This document shows positions 18,380 to 28,826 of a DNA stretch of 64,000 nt, in pieces. Under the pieces are notes generated by a model. The model was not told the DNA's origin. It did not search any database and saw only the letters and a program-made list of their open reading frames with translations. Numbering within the stretch: position 1 is the first letter of the stretch; each line of letters begins with the position of its first letter. The translations under genes were made by a program, and so were the position numbers. Origin of the DNA: a virus (taxonomy: Duplodnaviria; Caudoviricetes). The stretch spans positions 36,767-100,766 of the IMG/VR virus record IMGVR_UViG_3300028048_000096; one strand, written 5' to 3'.

Positions 18380-18449
18380 AATTATAGAAAGTTGAGAGAG
18401 AAAACTTTCGCAGAATTAATAAATTATTAAATTTAAAGGAGAATTAAAA

Positions 18450-18707
18450 ATGAAAGACGGTAAGATGACAGAGAAGGAAATCGCAGTATTTAACTATGTA
18501 AAGTCCAATGGCGGAAGAGTTTCTATTGATGAGATTGCTGAAGCACTTGAGAGGTCTCCTCGTTCTATCGGTCCCAACATCAATGCTTTTGTTAGCAATG
18601 ACCTTGCTGTAAGAGAGAAGGTTGAGGTTGAGGGAGCAGAGAAGCCGGTTACATATGTAGTGCTTACTGATGCTGGCATGAATTTTGTTCCTGCTACTGA
18701 AGAGTAA
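18450..18707 (+). CDS. winged helix-turn-helix DNA-binding protein
   Basis: MTEKE..VFNYVK...SIDEIAEAL.RSPRSI...LTDAG (MarR-like wHTH pattern). Confidence 0.7.
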   Translation: MKDGKMTEKEIAVFNYVKSNGGRVSIDEIAEALERSPRSIGPNINAFVSNDLAVREKVEVEGAEKPVTYVVLTDAGMNFVPATEE

Positions 18708-18791
18708 TCGAGTAGGTCAAGGTGCGGAGGCTGAGTCTCAGCCTCCATTCTATTATTTAATGTATTTGAAAATTAAAAAAGAGGAAGAAAA

Positions 18792-19709
18792 ATGTTAAGA
18801 CAAGCAGAAAACAGAGTAAAAATTGAAGGAATTTTAAACGAAATAGACCTTGAAACAAAAGCATTGCCGAGAAAGGATGGTTCCACAATTGATGGAATCA
18901 CAGGTAGAGTTATTGTTAAAGTTAATACAACCATTAGTGGCGAAGACAAGGATCTTATGATTCCAGTTCATGTCTTTGCATATAAGCTTACAAATGCGGG
19001 TAAGCCCAATCCTGCATACGAAAGTCTGCTTAAGGTTAAGAACGAATTTTTAAGCGTCGCCGCGACTGGTGATGAAAATGCCGCCAACAGAGTTCGTATT
19101 ACTGGTGCAAATATCAGAATGAATGAGTATTATTCACAGGACGGAAGACTTATCTCCTTCCCAAGAATCAATGCATCTTTCATTAATAAGATTAGAAAGG
19201 AAGAGTGTAAGCCTGAAGCAACTTGTTCTGTTGAGTTCGTTGTAGCTCAGAAGAGGGAAGAGGTTGATAGAAATGGTGAGCCTACCGGCAGATATATGAT
19301 TAATGCAGTTCTTCCCCAGTATGGCGGTCTTGTTGATGTTGTTCCGTTCTATGCGGAAAGCGAAGGAGTTATTAACGCAGTATCTCAGTATTGGAATGAG
19401 GGAGATACAGTTAAGGCGAATTGCAGACTTAACTTTACTACAAAGGTAGAACCCACTTATGAAGATGTTGATTTTGGTGAACCTATTGAGAGAACCAGAA
19501 CAACCAGTGTAAGTGACATCGTAATCATTGGTGGTTCTCAGACTCCAGTTAGTGATGAGTTTGCTTTTGATAGTAAGGAAATTCAGGATGCCTTAACTCA
19601 GAGAAAGGCTAGACTTGAATCACTGAAGGAAAGAAGCATGTCTAGAGTATCTCAGAAGGCAACTCCTAGTGCAAATCCTAGCGCTGGTTTTGCAGACCTC
19701 GGATTTTAA
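18792..19709 (+). CDS. putative ssDNA-binding (double OB-fold) protein
   Basis: position before the recombination ATPase, acidic/aromatic C-terminal tail FADLGF, codon use typical of highly expressed genes; inference. Confidence 0.55.
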   Translation: MLRQAENRVKIEGILNEIDLETKALPRKDGSTIDGITGRVIVKVNTTISGEDKDLMIPVHVFAYKLTNAGKPNPAYESLLKVKNEFLSVAATGDENAANRVRITGANIRMNEYYSQDGRLISFPRINASFINKIRKEECKPEATCSVEFVVAQKREEVDRNGEPTGRYMINAVLPQYGGLVDVVPFYAESEGVINAVSQYWNEGDTVKANCRLNFTTKVEPTYEDVDFGEPIERTRTTSVSDIVIIGGSQTPVSDEFAFDSKEIQDALTQRKARLESLKERSMSRVSQKATPSANPSAGFADLGF

Positions 19710-19721
19710 TGGAGGTGAATT

Positions 19722-21772
19722 ATGGCTGGTATAGATATTTTAAATATTGAACCTACCGTAATTTCACGAGATTTAAAAGGAAAGTACATTCTAGTTTATG
19801 GTAAGCCAAAGGTAGGTAAAACTACCTTGGCTGCCAGATTTCCTAAAAACCTGCTTATTGCATTTGAAAAAGGATATAATGCTATAGATGGAATTAAAGC
19901 GGTAGACATTAATCGTTGGGCAGATTTTAAATTGGTTCTTCGGCAGCTTGAAAAGCCCGAAGCCCGCGCGATGTATGATACAATTACAATTGATACTACT
20001 ACAATTGCGTAAAAAAGGAGAGATAAAATGGAATACACGGTTCGGCGTGATAGTGGAAACCGAATAATTTGGGAACAATCTCAAATTGAATATATAAAAA
20101 AAGAGTATAATTCTGGTAATAGTTGTACAGCTATTGCTAAACAATTCAATGTTGGAAGAGATTCGATAGGAAGACTTCTTAAAAAAGAAGGAATTCATGT
20201 TAAATCTCCAAAAGAATATTATCAAAATCTTTTTCCTAAAAATGAAAACTATTTTAATAAAATTGACACTCCTGAAAAAGCATATTGGCTAGGTTTTTTG
20301 TATGCTGATGGATGTATAACTTGTGGAAACATTACCATTAGCTTACAAGAAAACGACTATGAACAATTAAAACAATTTCAACAAGATATTGAAGCAATCA
20401 ATAATAAAATCACTAAAACACAAAAAGATAATAAGTTTGGGTGGCAATTTACAATTCGTAGTTCTCAAATGATTAAAGATTTAAAAAAACTTGGGTGCAT
20501 TGAAAGAAAAAGTTTAATACTAACCTTTCCCACAGAAGAACAAGTGCCAAAAAAATATATTTATGATTTTATTAGGGGTTATTTTGATGGAGATGGAACC
20601 TTGAGTTTTGATAGAAGAAGAAAAACTCCACAAGCAAGATTTGGTTTTGCTGGAACTAAAGAGTTTTTATTATCAATTCAAAATGAATTAGAAATTAATT
20701 TAACCCTTCAGTCACGAGGAAATGCTTATGCTTTTGTTGTAAGTGGTAATAAACAAGCAAAAAAGTTTTTTGATAAAATATATAATAATCCAACAAGATA
20801 TTTAAAACGTAAATATGAATTATACCAATCCTTTTTATCTTACTGCGCTTGATACGTGAACCTATAAATATAGGGTGTGAATAGGTTTTAACTTATTTGC
20901 TAACGGTGAAAATCTGGTGAAACTCCAGACAATACCGTGCCAAGCCGCATTAGCGGAAGGTGTAACGACCATCCCGAAAGGGAGTAGGATTAAAGCGAGG
21001 TGAAAGTCCAAATCCGAAGTGCGTATCCTTCCATTGGGAAGAAGAGATGGTCTATTCCTTATAGTAATATAAGGTAGGTAAAGATGAAATGTGTGAACAG
21101 TTTGTTTGCGCGCAGAATGGAGTTCAGTCAATTCGTGATATTCCTTGGGGACAAGGCTGGACTCTTGTAAAGAAAGAGTTTGAAACTTGTTTAAGAAAAA
21201 TTACAATGCTTGGTTATGGACTCGTACTTATTTCTCATATAGAAACAAGAAAAGAAAAGACAGCAGATGATTCAGAAATTGAAATTCTTGCTCCTTCAAT
21301 GCCAAAGCGTTGTTATGAAGTAGTTAATCAAATTGTTGATATTATAGGTTATATTGCTACTGAATGGGATGAAAATGGAGAAAGCCAGAGATGGCTTTAT
21401 ACAAGGCAAACTCCTACCGTTATGGCGGGCAGCCGTTTTCCTTATCTCGCACCTAAAATTAAACTTGGTTATGATGAGCTAGTTAAGGCAATTAATGATG
21501 CTATAGATAAACAAAGAGAAATTGACGGCGCAACGGTAGTAGATAAAATTGAGCAGAAAATTGAAGAACCACTTAATTTTAATCAAATCAGAACCGAGGC
21601 ACAAACTCTTTGGGGCAATCTTGTAGGTAAAGACCCTGCAAATGCAGATAAAATTCTCAAGAAGGTCGAAATGATTTTCGGAAGAAAAATTAAACTTAGT
21701 GAAATCACTGAAGACCAAGTTGACCTTTTCAATTTAGTATTAATTGAAATGAAAGATATGTTAAATGCCTAA
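19722..21772 (+). CDS. AAA_24/Sak4-like ATPase, spliced: exon1 19722-20010, exon2 21084-21772 (325 aa)
   Basis: Walker A GKPKVGKTT and Walker B ITIDT in exon1, LVLISH in exon2; junction GCG T|AT GAA ATG restores the frame (IAYEMCEQ). Confidence 0.85.
20011..21083 (+). ncRNA. group I intron in the AAA_24 gene
   Basis: exon ends in U and intron ends in G; core GCTAACGGTGAA..AATACCGTG, GTAACGACCAT / GATGGTCT (P7 GACCA:TGGTC). Confidence 0.88.
20028..20852 (+). mobile_element. intron-encoded LAGLIDADG homing endonuclease with N-terminal HTH
   Basis: AYWLGFLYADG and FIRGYFDGDG double motif. Confidence 0.88.
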
Positions 21773-21776
21773 CTCA

Positions 21777-21806
21777 TAAAAGACGTATAGAGATATACGT
21801 CTTTTA
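21777..21806 (+). terminator. terminator
   Basis: AAAAGACGTATA-GAGA-TATACGTCTTTT. Confidence 0.8.
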
Positions 21807-21809
21807 AAT

Positions 21810-21838
21810 TTGACTTTTTTTCATTTTTATGATATAAT
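21810..21838 (+). promoter_or_regulatory. sigmaA-type promoter with extended -10
   Basis: TTGACT-N17-TATAAT with TG. Confidence 0.75.
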
Positions 21839-21860
21839 ATAATTAGGAAGGAGTGAGAAG

Positions 21861-22385
21861 ATGCCAATTTGTAGAATTTGTAAAGAAAAAATTAATAAAG
21901 AAAAAGATGATTGGATAATGCCGTCTAATCTATATTATTATCATAAGAAATGTTATGAGGACTGGAAAGCATCTACTCCCGCAACAGATAAGGAGTACAA
22001 AAGTTTTATTTATGATTTCATTTCGCGAGATTTGAAAGTATCTTATGACTATCATATGATAGAAGCGCAAATTAATAAGTTTGTGAAAGAAAATAAATGC
22101 ACAATTAAAGGGATATTTTTTACTTTAAAATACTTTTATGAAGTTAAAAAGAATGATTGGGATAAAGGTCATGGCGGCATAGGTATAGTTCCGTTTGTAT
22201 ACAATGAAGCTTGTAATTATTGGATTTTAAGAGAAAAAGAAAGTAATGGAATAGTAGCGCAAATTGAACGACAAATGAAAGAAGCAGACAGACGGGAAGT
22301 AAAAACTGTGGTACGCCAAAATAAGAAGAAAAAGAAGTACACAATGGACTTCGATGAAATTGAAAGGATGGAAGATAATGATTGA
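21861..22385 (+). CDS. Zn-finger protein preceding the helicase (possible loader/initiator)
   Basis: CRIC...HKKC, GIGIVPFVY; role inferred from position. Confidence 0.6.
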   Translation: MPICRICKEKINKEKDDWIMPSNLYYYHKKCYEDWKASTPATDKEYKSFIYDFISRDLKVSYDYHMIEAQINKFVKENKCTIKGIFFTLKYFYEVKKNDWDKGHGGIGIVPFVYNEACNYWILREKESNGIVAQIERQMKEADRREVKTVVRQNKKKKKYTMDFDEIERMEDND

Positions 22386-23946
22386 CAAAGGTTGTATACA
22401 ACAGATATTAGGAAGCCTTATGAAACATCCGCAGTTTCTTAGCGAGGTTGACCGATATCAGTTTAATTTAACCGACTTCCCAGATAGATTTGAAAAATAT
22501 ATATTTAATGCGATTGAAGTTCTTTATAGGAATGGTGCAATTAAGATTCAACCCATAGATATAGAAAATGAGATGAGTCATAATGAGGCGGCCAAGGCAA
22601 CCTTTAAGAATAATAATGGTATTGAATATTTACAAGATATACAAGAACTTGCAGAGATTGAAAACTTTCCATATTATTATAATAAATTTAAGAAGTTAAA
22701 TTTGTTAAGTGATTTAAAGAAAAGCGGATTTGATATAAGTAGTTTTTATTGCGAAGACTTAACGAATCCAAAATCACAAGAAATAAATAGTAAGTTTGAG
22801 TTTTTAACCTTAAAAGATATAACTGATGGAATTAGAAGTAGAATTCTAGGGTTAGAAACAAAATATGAAGTTAATGAAGAGGTTGAAACAGAAAGCGCGG
22901 CCGAAGGTATTGAAGAACTGGTAGAATCATTAAGAGAAACTCAAGAAATAGGTATGCCAGTTCAAGGTGCAATTTTTAATCAAGTTATTGACGGCGCGCG
23001 AAAAGGAACTCTGACAATTAGGTCCGCGGCAAGTTCAGTTGGTAAGACAAGAAGTGCGGTAGCAGATGCATGTTATTTGGCTTATCCAATTCGTTATAAT
23101 AGTGAAAAATGCGAATGGGAACAAGTTGGTAGCTCGGAAAAAGTTTTATTCATTGTAACTGAGCAACAATTTAAAGAAGTCAGGAAAATGATTTTAGCTT
23201 ATTTAACTGATTTGAATGAAAGCCGATTTAAGTATGGAGATTTTAACGAAAGAGAACAGGGTGTTATAACACAAGCAATTGGTTTAATGAAAAGGTATGA
23301 AGATAATCTTACATTAGTAAAAATGCCGAATCCAACGATAGAGCTTGTAAAGACACTTGTAAGAGAAAACTGTATAACAAGAGATATAGGTTATGTTTTT
23401 TATGATTATATTTTTATTGGTCCAGCATTATTAAATGAGTTCAGAGGTTTTAATTTAAGAAACGATGAAGTTTTGTTAATGTTTGCAACCGCATTAAAAG
23501 ATTTAGCGGTTGAATTAGACGTGGCAATGTTTACATCGACTCAATTAAATGCAAAAGGCGATGATAATAAAGATATAAGAAACGAAGGAAGTTTGGCGGG
23601 TGGCCGAAGTACAATTAACAAGGCTGATAATGGTGCAATTATGGCAAGGCCAACAAAGGAAGAATTAGAAGTTCTTGAACCATTATTTAAATCAGCAGAT
23701 ATGCCAAACTTAGTAACGGATATATATAAAGTAAGAAGTGGAGAATGGACACAAGTAAGAATTTGGTCGGTTATGAATTTAGGAACTCTTAAGAAAAGAG
23801 ACTTATTTATAACTAATTCTCGATTAGAACCCATAGAAGATTTCTTTGAAAGAGAAGAATATCAGATTAAAAATTGGGACGACGAAGAAGATAAAATCTT
23901 AAAAGACATAATTAAACGATTAGAAAGTGGTGAGATAGTTGATTGA
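22378..23946 (+). CDS. dnaB: DnaB-like replicative helicase
   Basis: Walker A SSVGKTR, TEQ, YVFYDYI, LKDLAVEL..FTSTQLN, NKAD, YKVR. Confidence 0.85.
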   Translation: MIDKGCIQQILGSLMKHPQFLSEVDRYQFNLTDFPDRFEKYIFNAIEVLYRNGAIKIQPIDIENEMSHNEAAKATFKNNNGIEYLQDIQELAEIENFPYYYNKFKKLNLLSDLKKSGFDISSFYCEDLTNPKSQEINSKFEFLTLKDITDGIRSRILGLETKYEVNEEVETESAAEGIEELVESLRETQEIGMPVQGAIFNQVIDGARKGTLTIRSAASSVGKTRSAVADACYLAYPIRYNSEKCEWEQVGSSEKVLFIVTEQQFKEVRKMILAYLTDLNESRFKYGDFNEREQGVITQAIGLMKRYEDNLTLVKMPNPTIELVKTLVRENCITRDIGYVFYDYIFIGPALLNEFRGFNLRNDEVLLMFATALKDLAVELDVAMFTSTQLNAKGDDNKDIRNEGSLAGGRSTINKADNGAIMARPTKEELEVLEPLFKSADMPNLVTDIYKVRSGEWTQVRIWSVMNLGTLKKRDLFITNSRLEPIEDFFEREEYQIKNWDDEEDKILKDIIKRLESGEIVD

Positions 23947-24988
23947 TTATCAGGGTATTATAGAACAATTAGATACAGATAAAGTAATTCAACTAATGGA
24001 AACATTAGGTGTTGATTCATATGTGCGGCGACCCGGTCATGTTATCTTTCCTACCATCTGTCATAATGAAGATGCTAGTGAAGCTTCAATGAAGCTGTAT
24101 TATTATGAAAACAACCATATTTTTTATTGCTACACTAATTGTCAAAGTATGTCAATCTTCAAATTCCTCAAGCACTATTACGAATGTCGAAACCTATCGT
24201 ATGACTGGTATGAGGATATTTATAAGGTCGTACTTGATTGCAGTAATTTTCGGCTGGCCGCGCCTGGACAATCGACTTATAAGTCAATTCGTGAACAATA
24301 TAGACGTCCAGAACAAGTTAAGCTTCCCACGTATCCCGAAGGTATTTTACAAACCTTCACAAAATTTTATCCACCTGAATGGTTAAATGATGGAATTAGT
24401 AAATCTGCGATGGATAAGTTTAATATATTATATTCAATCCCACAGAATAAAATTATAATTCCACATTATAATATAGATAATGAGTTGGTTGGAGTGCGCG
24501 GCCGAGCCTTAAATGAGTGGGAAGTTGAAAATGTGGGTAAATACATGCCGGTTCAAATTGAAGGTAAATGGTATAGTCATCCGTTATCTCTTAATTTATA
24601 TGGACTTAATAAAACAAAAGAGAATATAAAAGAAACTGGTGTATGTTTTATCTTTGAAGCAGAAAAATCAGTTTTACAGATGGATAGTTTTGACCGTCCT
24701 AATTGCGCGGCCGCCGTATGCGGAAGTCAATTTAATAAGTTTGCACTTAAAATTCTTGTTCAAAATTGCCATCCAAATGAAATTGTAATTTGCTTCGATA
24801 AAGAAGAGAAACCAAAAGAAGATATATATTTTAATAAGTTATATAAACTATGTAGTAAATATAAAAATTATGCAAACTTTTCTTTTATTTATGATATGGA
24901 GAACTTACTTGAACTAAAAGACTCTCCAACGGATAAAGGACAAGATACTTTTGAACGACTTTTAAATAAAAGGGTAAGGGTAAAATGA
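23939..24988 (+). CDS. DNA primase (DnaG-like, Zn + Toprim)
   Basis: CHN..CYTNC, IIIPH, VRGR, LYGLN, FEAEKS, CFDKE, KDSP.D. Confidence 0.85.
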   Translation: MIDYQGIIEQLDTDKVIQLMETLGVDSYVRRPGHVIFPTICHNEDASEASMKLYYYENNHIFYCYTNCQSMSIFKFLKHYYECRNLSYDWYEDIYKVVLDCSNFRLAAPGQSTYKSIREQYRRPEQVKLPTYPEGILQTFTKFYPPEWLNDGISKSAMDKFNILYSIPQNKIIIPHYNIDNELVGVRGRALNEWEVENVGKYMPVQIEGKWYSHPLSLNLYGLNKTKENIKETGVCFIFEAEKSVLQMDSFDRPNCAAAVCGSQFNKFALKILVQNCHPNEIVICFDKEEKPKEDIYFNKLYKLCSKYKNYANFSFIYDMENLLELKDSPTDKGQDTFERLLNKRVRVK

Positions 24989-25803
24989 TTATATATGGTA
25001 TTTATAGCAACATTCAAAACAAATATATCTATATAGGTCAAACTAATAGTTTCTCACGAAGAAAAGATGAGCATTATTTTACTGGACATCTAGATATAGA
25101 TAAATTAATTCAAAACAATCCTACTCAATATTTTATGTTATTATTAGAAGATAATATTTCTGATAATGATATTAATAGTCGAGAAAAATTTTGGATTGAC
25201 TATTATGATACTTATAATAACGGTTTAAATAAAACTATTGGAGGAAAAGGTACTCCAAAACTCAATAATAATTTAATCCAATTAATTATTACTGATTTAA
25301 AAAATAGTTCTATGGCTTTTTCTGAAATATGTATTAAATATAATATTTCAGATTGTACCTTATGGAGAATTAATAATGGTTTAACATATGAGGTAAAAGA
25401 AAATTATCCTATTAGACCGTGTAAAGCAAGAAAATTAAATGAAAATGATGTTAGACAAATTATTCATTTATTACAGGATACACGCTTAACATTAAAACAA
25501 ATAGGAGAATTATTTAATGTTACAGATGTAACTATCAATACAATTAATCAAGGAAGAACAAAAATTTGGCATCACTTGAGTAATAAATATCCTATTAGAG
25601 AAAGCGCAGGAAAACGAACTGCTTTAACTAAAAAAGAGTTGTTTCAAATAGCAGATTTACTTCAAAATTCCTCTTTATCTCAAAAAGAAATTAGTTATTT
25701 ATTCAACACAAGTGAAATGATAATCTCAAGTATCAATACTGGGCAAAGAGATTATTGCAAACAATTAAATATGAAATTTCCAATTAGAAATAGAGGATGG
25801 TAA
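24985..25803 (+). mobile_element. free-standing GIY-YIG homing endonuclease with three HTH-like repeats
   Basis: IIYGI..IYIGQT..R..EH..E..WI..N; three ~55-60-aa repeats ending (Y/F)PIR; very AT-rich. Confidence 0.8.
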
Positions 25804-25804
25804 T

Positions 25805-27553
25805 ATGCGTACAAAATTAGTAAATAAAGATATAAGAGAAAATTATACCGCAGAGTTATTAAAGGAACGTGGAGTTACGGAAGATATACTACCTTACTTT
25901 TTGGGCGAACCAGTTCAAGGTTTATTACAAGACCCCGAAGCTTTTGATAATATCTTTCAAGGCTATAATCTATTTGAAGAAATAATTAATCTCGCTCCAG
26001 ATAAACGAATCTTATTAGTTGTAGATTCTGATGTAGATGGTTTTACTTCTAGTGCCATTATGTATACTTATTTAAAGCGAGTAAATCCAAATCTTCAAAT
26101 TGATTATATTCTTCATGAAGGTAAGGGTCACGGACTCAGCGATGTAATAGATACAATTCTTGAAGGAGAAGATAACTTAAGATATGTAATCTTACCCGAT
26201 AGTAGTAGTAACGATTTTAGCTTCCATGAACAACTGGGCGCGCAAGGAATTAAATGTCTTGTCCTCGACCACCATATTGTAGAAGAAGATACCCAATTCT
26301 CGCCCTCCGCAGTAATTATCAATAACCAGTTATCGCAAAGGTATCAAAATAAAGACCTTTGTGGCGCGGGCGTAGCTTGGCAATTCTGTCGCTTCTGTGA
26401 TATGCGTAGGGGAACAAATTATGCTGATGATTTAATTGACCTCGCCGCACTTGGGATTGTCAGTGATATGATGAGCGTTATATCGCCTGAAAATAGATAT
26501 ATTATTTATGAGGGCTTAAGAAATATTAAAAACTATTTCTTCCTTGCCCTTTGTGAGAAGCAGTCTTTTTCAATGGGAGGCAAAATTAATCCCACAACAA
26601 TTGCTTTCTATATTACACCTTTAATTAACGCATTAATTCGTGTAGGTACAATGGATGAAAAGCGTAGATGTTTTGAAGCATTTATTGACGGACATCAGAT
26701 GGTTCCAAGCCAAAAGCGTGGCGCGAAAGGAACATATGAAGAGGTTGCAATTGAGTCTGCGCGCGAGTGTACAAATGCAAGAGCAAAGCAAAATCGAATT
26801 CTTGATAAGGCCGTAGAAGAACTTGAGATTAAAATTTTTAAGTATGACCTATTAGAAAATAAAATTTTATTTGTTAGGTTAGATGAAGAAGATTTCCCTG
26901 CGGAATTGAACGGATTAACTGCGATGAAGCTGGCCGCGAAGTATAAGCGTCCAACAATTGTGGCTCGATTAAATGATGAAGGATATGACAGAGGTTCCAG
27001 TAGAGGCTTAAATGAATCTGCACTTAAATCGTTTAAAGAGTTTATGAATGAAAGTGGTTATTTCGAATATACTGCTGGTCATGATAATGCTTGCGGTATC
27101 TCAATTCTTGATAAGAATTTACATGACTTCCATGAGTATGCAAATAAAGAGTTAGCAGATATGGATTTCGGTGAGAACTGGTATGAAATTAACTTTGAAC
27201 GTTTCGCGGCAGACCCAGATATGATTCCATTAATTTATGACCTTGCCGCGCATGAAGATTTATTTGGACAGCATAATAATGAACCACTTATTCATGTAAC
27301 TGATATAAACCTAAAAAGAAGTGATATTGCAGTTATTGGTAAGAATGCGGATACAATTAGAATTGAGAAGTTTGGAGTTACTTATCTTAAATTCCATGCA
27401 AAAGAAATGATTGAAGAATTAGCACAAGTCAATTCAAATGAAATTAAAATTGAAATTGTAGGAAGAGCAAATTTAAATGAATTTGCGGGAAGGGTAACGC
27501 CTCAGATTTTTATTACCGATTTTCAAGTTGATGATGGAACATTGGGGTTTTAG
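25805..27553 (+). CDS. recJ: RecJ-like DHH/DHHA1 ssDNA exonuclease
   Basis: DSDVDG, LDHH, LCGAGV, VSDMM, GSSR, AGHDNACG. Confidence 0.9.
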   Translation: MRTKLVNKDIRENYTAELLKERGVTEDILPYFLGEPVQGLLQDPEAFDNIFQGYNLFEEIINLAPDKRILLVVDSDVDGFTSSAIMYTYLKRVNPNLQIDYILHEGKGHGLSDVIDTILEGEDNLRYVILPDSSSNDFSFHEQLGAQGIKCLVLDHHIVEEDTQFSPSAVIINNQLSQRYQNKDLCGAGVAWQFCRFCDMRRGTNYADDLIDLAALGIVSDMMSVISPENRYIIYEGLRNIKNYFFLALCEKQSFSMGGKINPTTIAFYITPLINALIRVGTMDEKRRCFEAFIDGHQMVPSQKRGAKGTYEEVAIESARECTNARAKQNRILDKAVEELEIKIFKYDLLENKILFVRLDEEDFPAELNGLTAMKLAAKYKRPTIVARLNDEGYDRGSSRGLNESALKSFKEFMNESGYFEYTAGHDNACGISILDKNLHDFHEYANKELADMDFGENWYEINFERFAADPDMIPLIYDLAAHEDLFGQHNNEPLIHVTDINLKRSDIAVIGKNADTIRIEKFGVTYLKFHAKEMIEELAQVNSNEIKIEIVGRANLNEFAGRVTPQIFITDFQVDDGTLGF

Positions 27554-27555
27554 TT

Positions 27556-28545
27556 ATGGAACAAAAATATATAATAGAATATAAGGGTAAATCAATTAAT
27601 ACAAAAAATTGGTTACCAGTTACAGAAGAAGAATTAGAGCAGTATAGAAACGAATATTATCAAAAACCCACTCTGCAAACTGTTCAAAAGCAGATGAAGA
27701 AAATTACAACTGATGGAGTAATGATAGATAAAATCACTCGTTATTATTTTAGAGATTTAATGGCACAAACTCAGTTAAGTACAGCAAAATGGACAGTTGA
27801 AGATGTATTTAATAGTACTGATTTGTGTGGAATATTTAAAGCAAAAGTAGTAAATAGTCCAAAAGTTTTTAAACCTGAGGTTTCAATGGGTTATAATATT
27901 GAACGAGCTATTGCTTTAGGTGGGAAAGGATATGCTAAAATTCCCACACAGTTTCCTTTCCAAGCTGTACAACATATAATGTCTAATTATAATGTTAATA
28001 ATTCTGTATATGACTTCTCTTGTGGTTGGGGCTCTAGATTACTTGGTGCGTTAAAATATAATATCAATTATTATGGAACAGACCCTAATTATAAATTATG
28101 TGAAAGATTATTAGAACTAACCGCAAATTACAAACAAATCATAAAGCGTGATAACATAGTTGATATTCGTTCTATTGGTAGTGAAATTTTTATTCCAGAG
28201 TGGGAAAATAAAATGGGTTTATGTTTCAGTAGCCCGCCATATTTTTCATTAGAAGATTATAAATATGGAAAACAAAGCTGGAATCCTAACGTAAGCTATG
28301 AACAATGGTTAAATAACTATTTATATCCAACTTTAAATAATACTATCAAATATTTAATTAATGGTGGTATTTTAGCTATTAATATTAAAGATACCAATGT
28401 TCCAATTGCCACCGATACAAATAAATATTTAGAAAGTAGATTAAAATATTTAGATACAATTCCCTTAAAAAATATTAAAAGATTAAAAAGTACAGGTGGT
28501 TTAACCGATACCACTGATGAAGGCATCTATATATATAAAAAATAG
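27556..28545 (+). CDS. orphan amino (N4-C/N6-A) DNA methyltransferase
   Basis: motif I DFSCGWG precedes motif IV SSPPYF; no cognate REase adjacent. Confidence 0.8.
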   Translation: MEQKYIIEYKGKSINTKNWLPVTEEELEQYRNEYYQKPTLQTVQKQMKKITTDGVMIDKITRYYFRDLMAQTQLSTAKWTVEDVFNSTDLCGIFKAKVVNSPKVFKPEVSMGYNIERAIALGGKGYAKIPTQFPFQAVQHIMSNYNVNNSVYDFSCGWGSRLLGALKYNINYYGTDPNYKLCERLLELTANYKQIIKRDNIVDIRSIGSEIFIPEWENKMGLCFSSPPYFSLEDYKYGKQSWNPNVSYEQWLNNYLYPTLNNTIKYLINGGILAINIKDTNVPIATDTNKYLESRLKYLDTIPLKNIKRLKSTGGLTDTTDEGIYIYKK

Positions 28546-28562
28546 TTGCAGATATTGTTAAT

Positions 28563-28591
28563 TTGACAATTTAATAAAATTCTGATATAAT
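28563..28591 (+). promoter_or_regulatory. sigmaA-type promoter with extended -10
   Basis: TTGACA-N17-TATAAT with TG. Confidence 0.8.
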
Positions 28592-28612
28592 ATATATATA
28601 GAAAGGTGAAAA

Positions 28613-28804
28613 ATGGAAATAATTAAAATATTAAATTTACTTCGAAAATATGACATACCAGAGAGTTATCCTTTATGGGCAGAACATGATATAATTGGTT
28701 TTAATGTTGATTATGAAAAAATTAGTGAAGAAGATATTAATACATTACAAAAATTAGGATGCTTTTTCGATGAAGAGTATGATAGTTTAATAATGTTTGT
28801 ATAA
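28613..28804 (+). CDS. small hypothetical protein
   Basis: 63 aa, AAAGGTG RBS, AEHD motif. Confidence 0.6.
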   Translation: MEIIKILNLLRKYDIPESYPLWAEHDIIGFNVDYEKISEEDINTLQKLGCFFDEEYDSLIMFV

Positions 28805-28826
28805 ACTAGAAAGAGAGGTAGCGTGA

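Noticed and set aside
24960-25810. Tail duplication for the GIY-YIG gene after primase
   Set aside because: The ends (NKRVRVK vs IRNRGW) share too little to support it.
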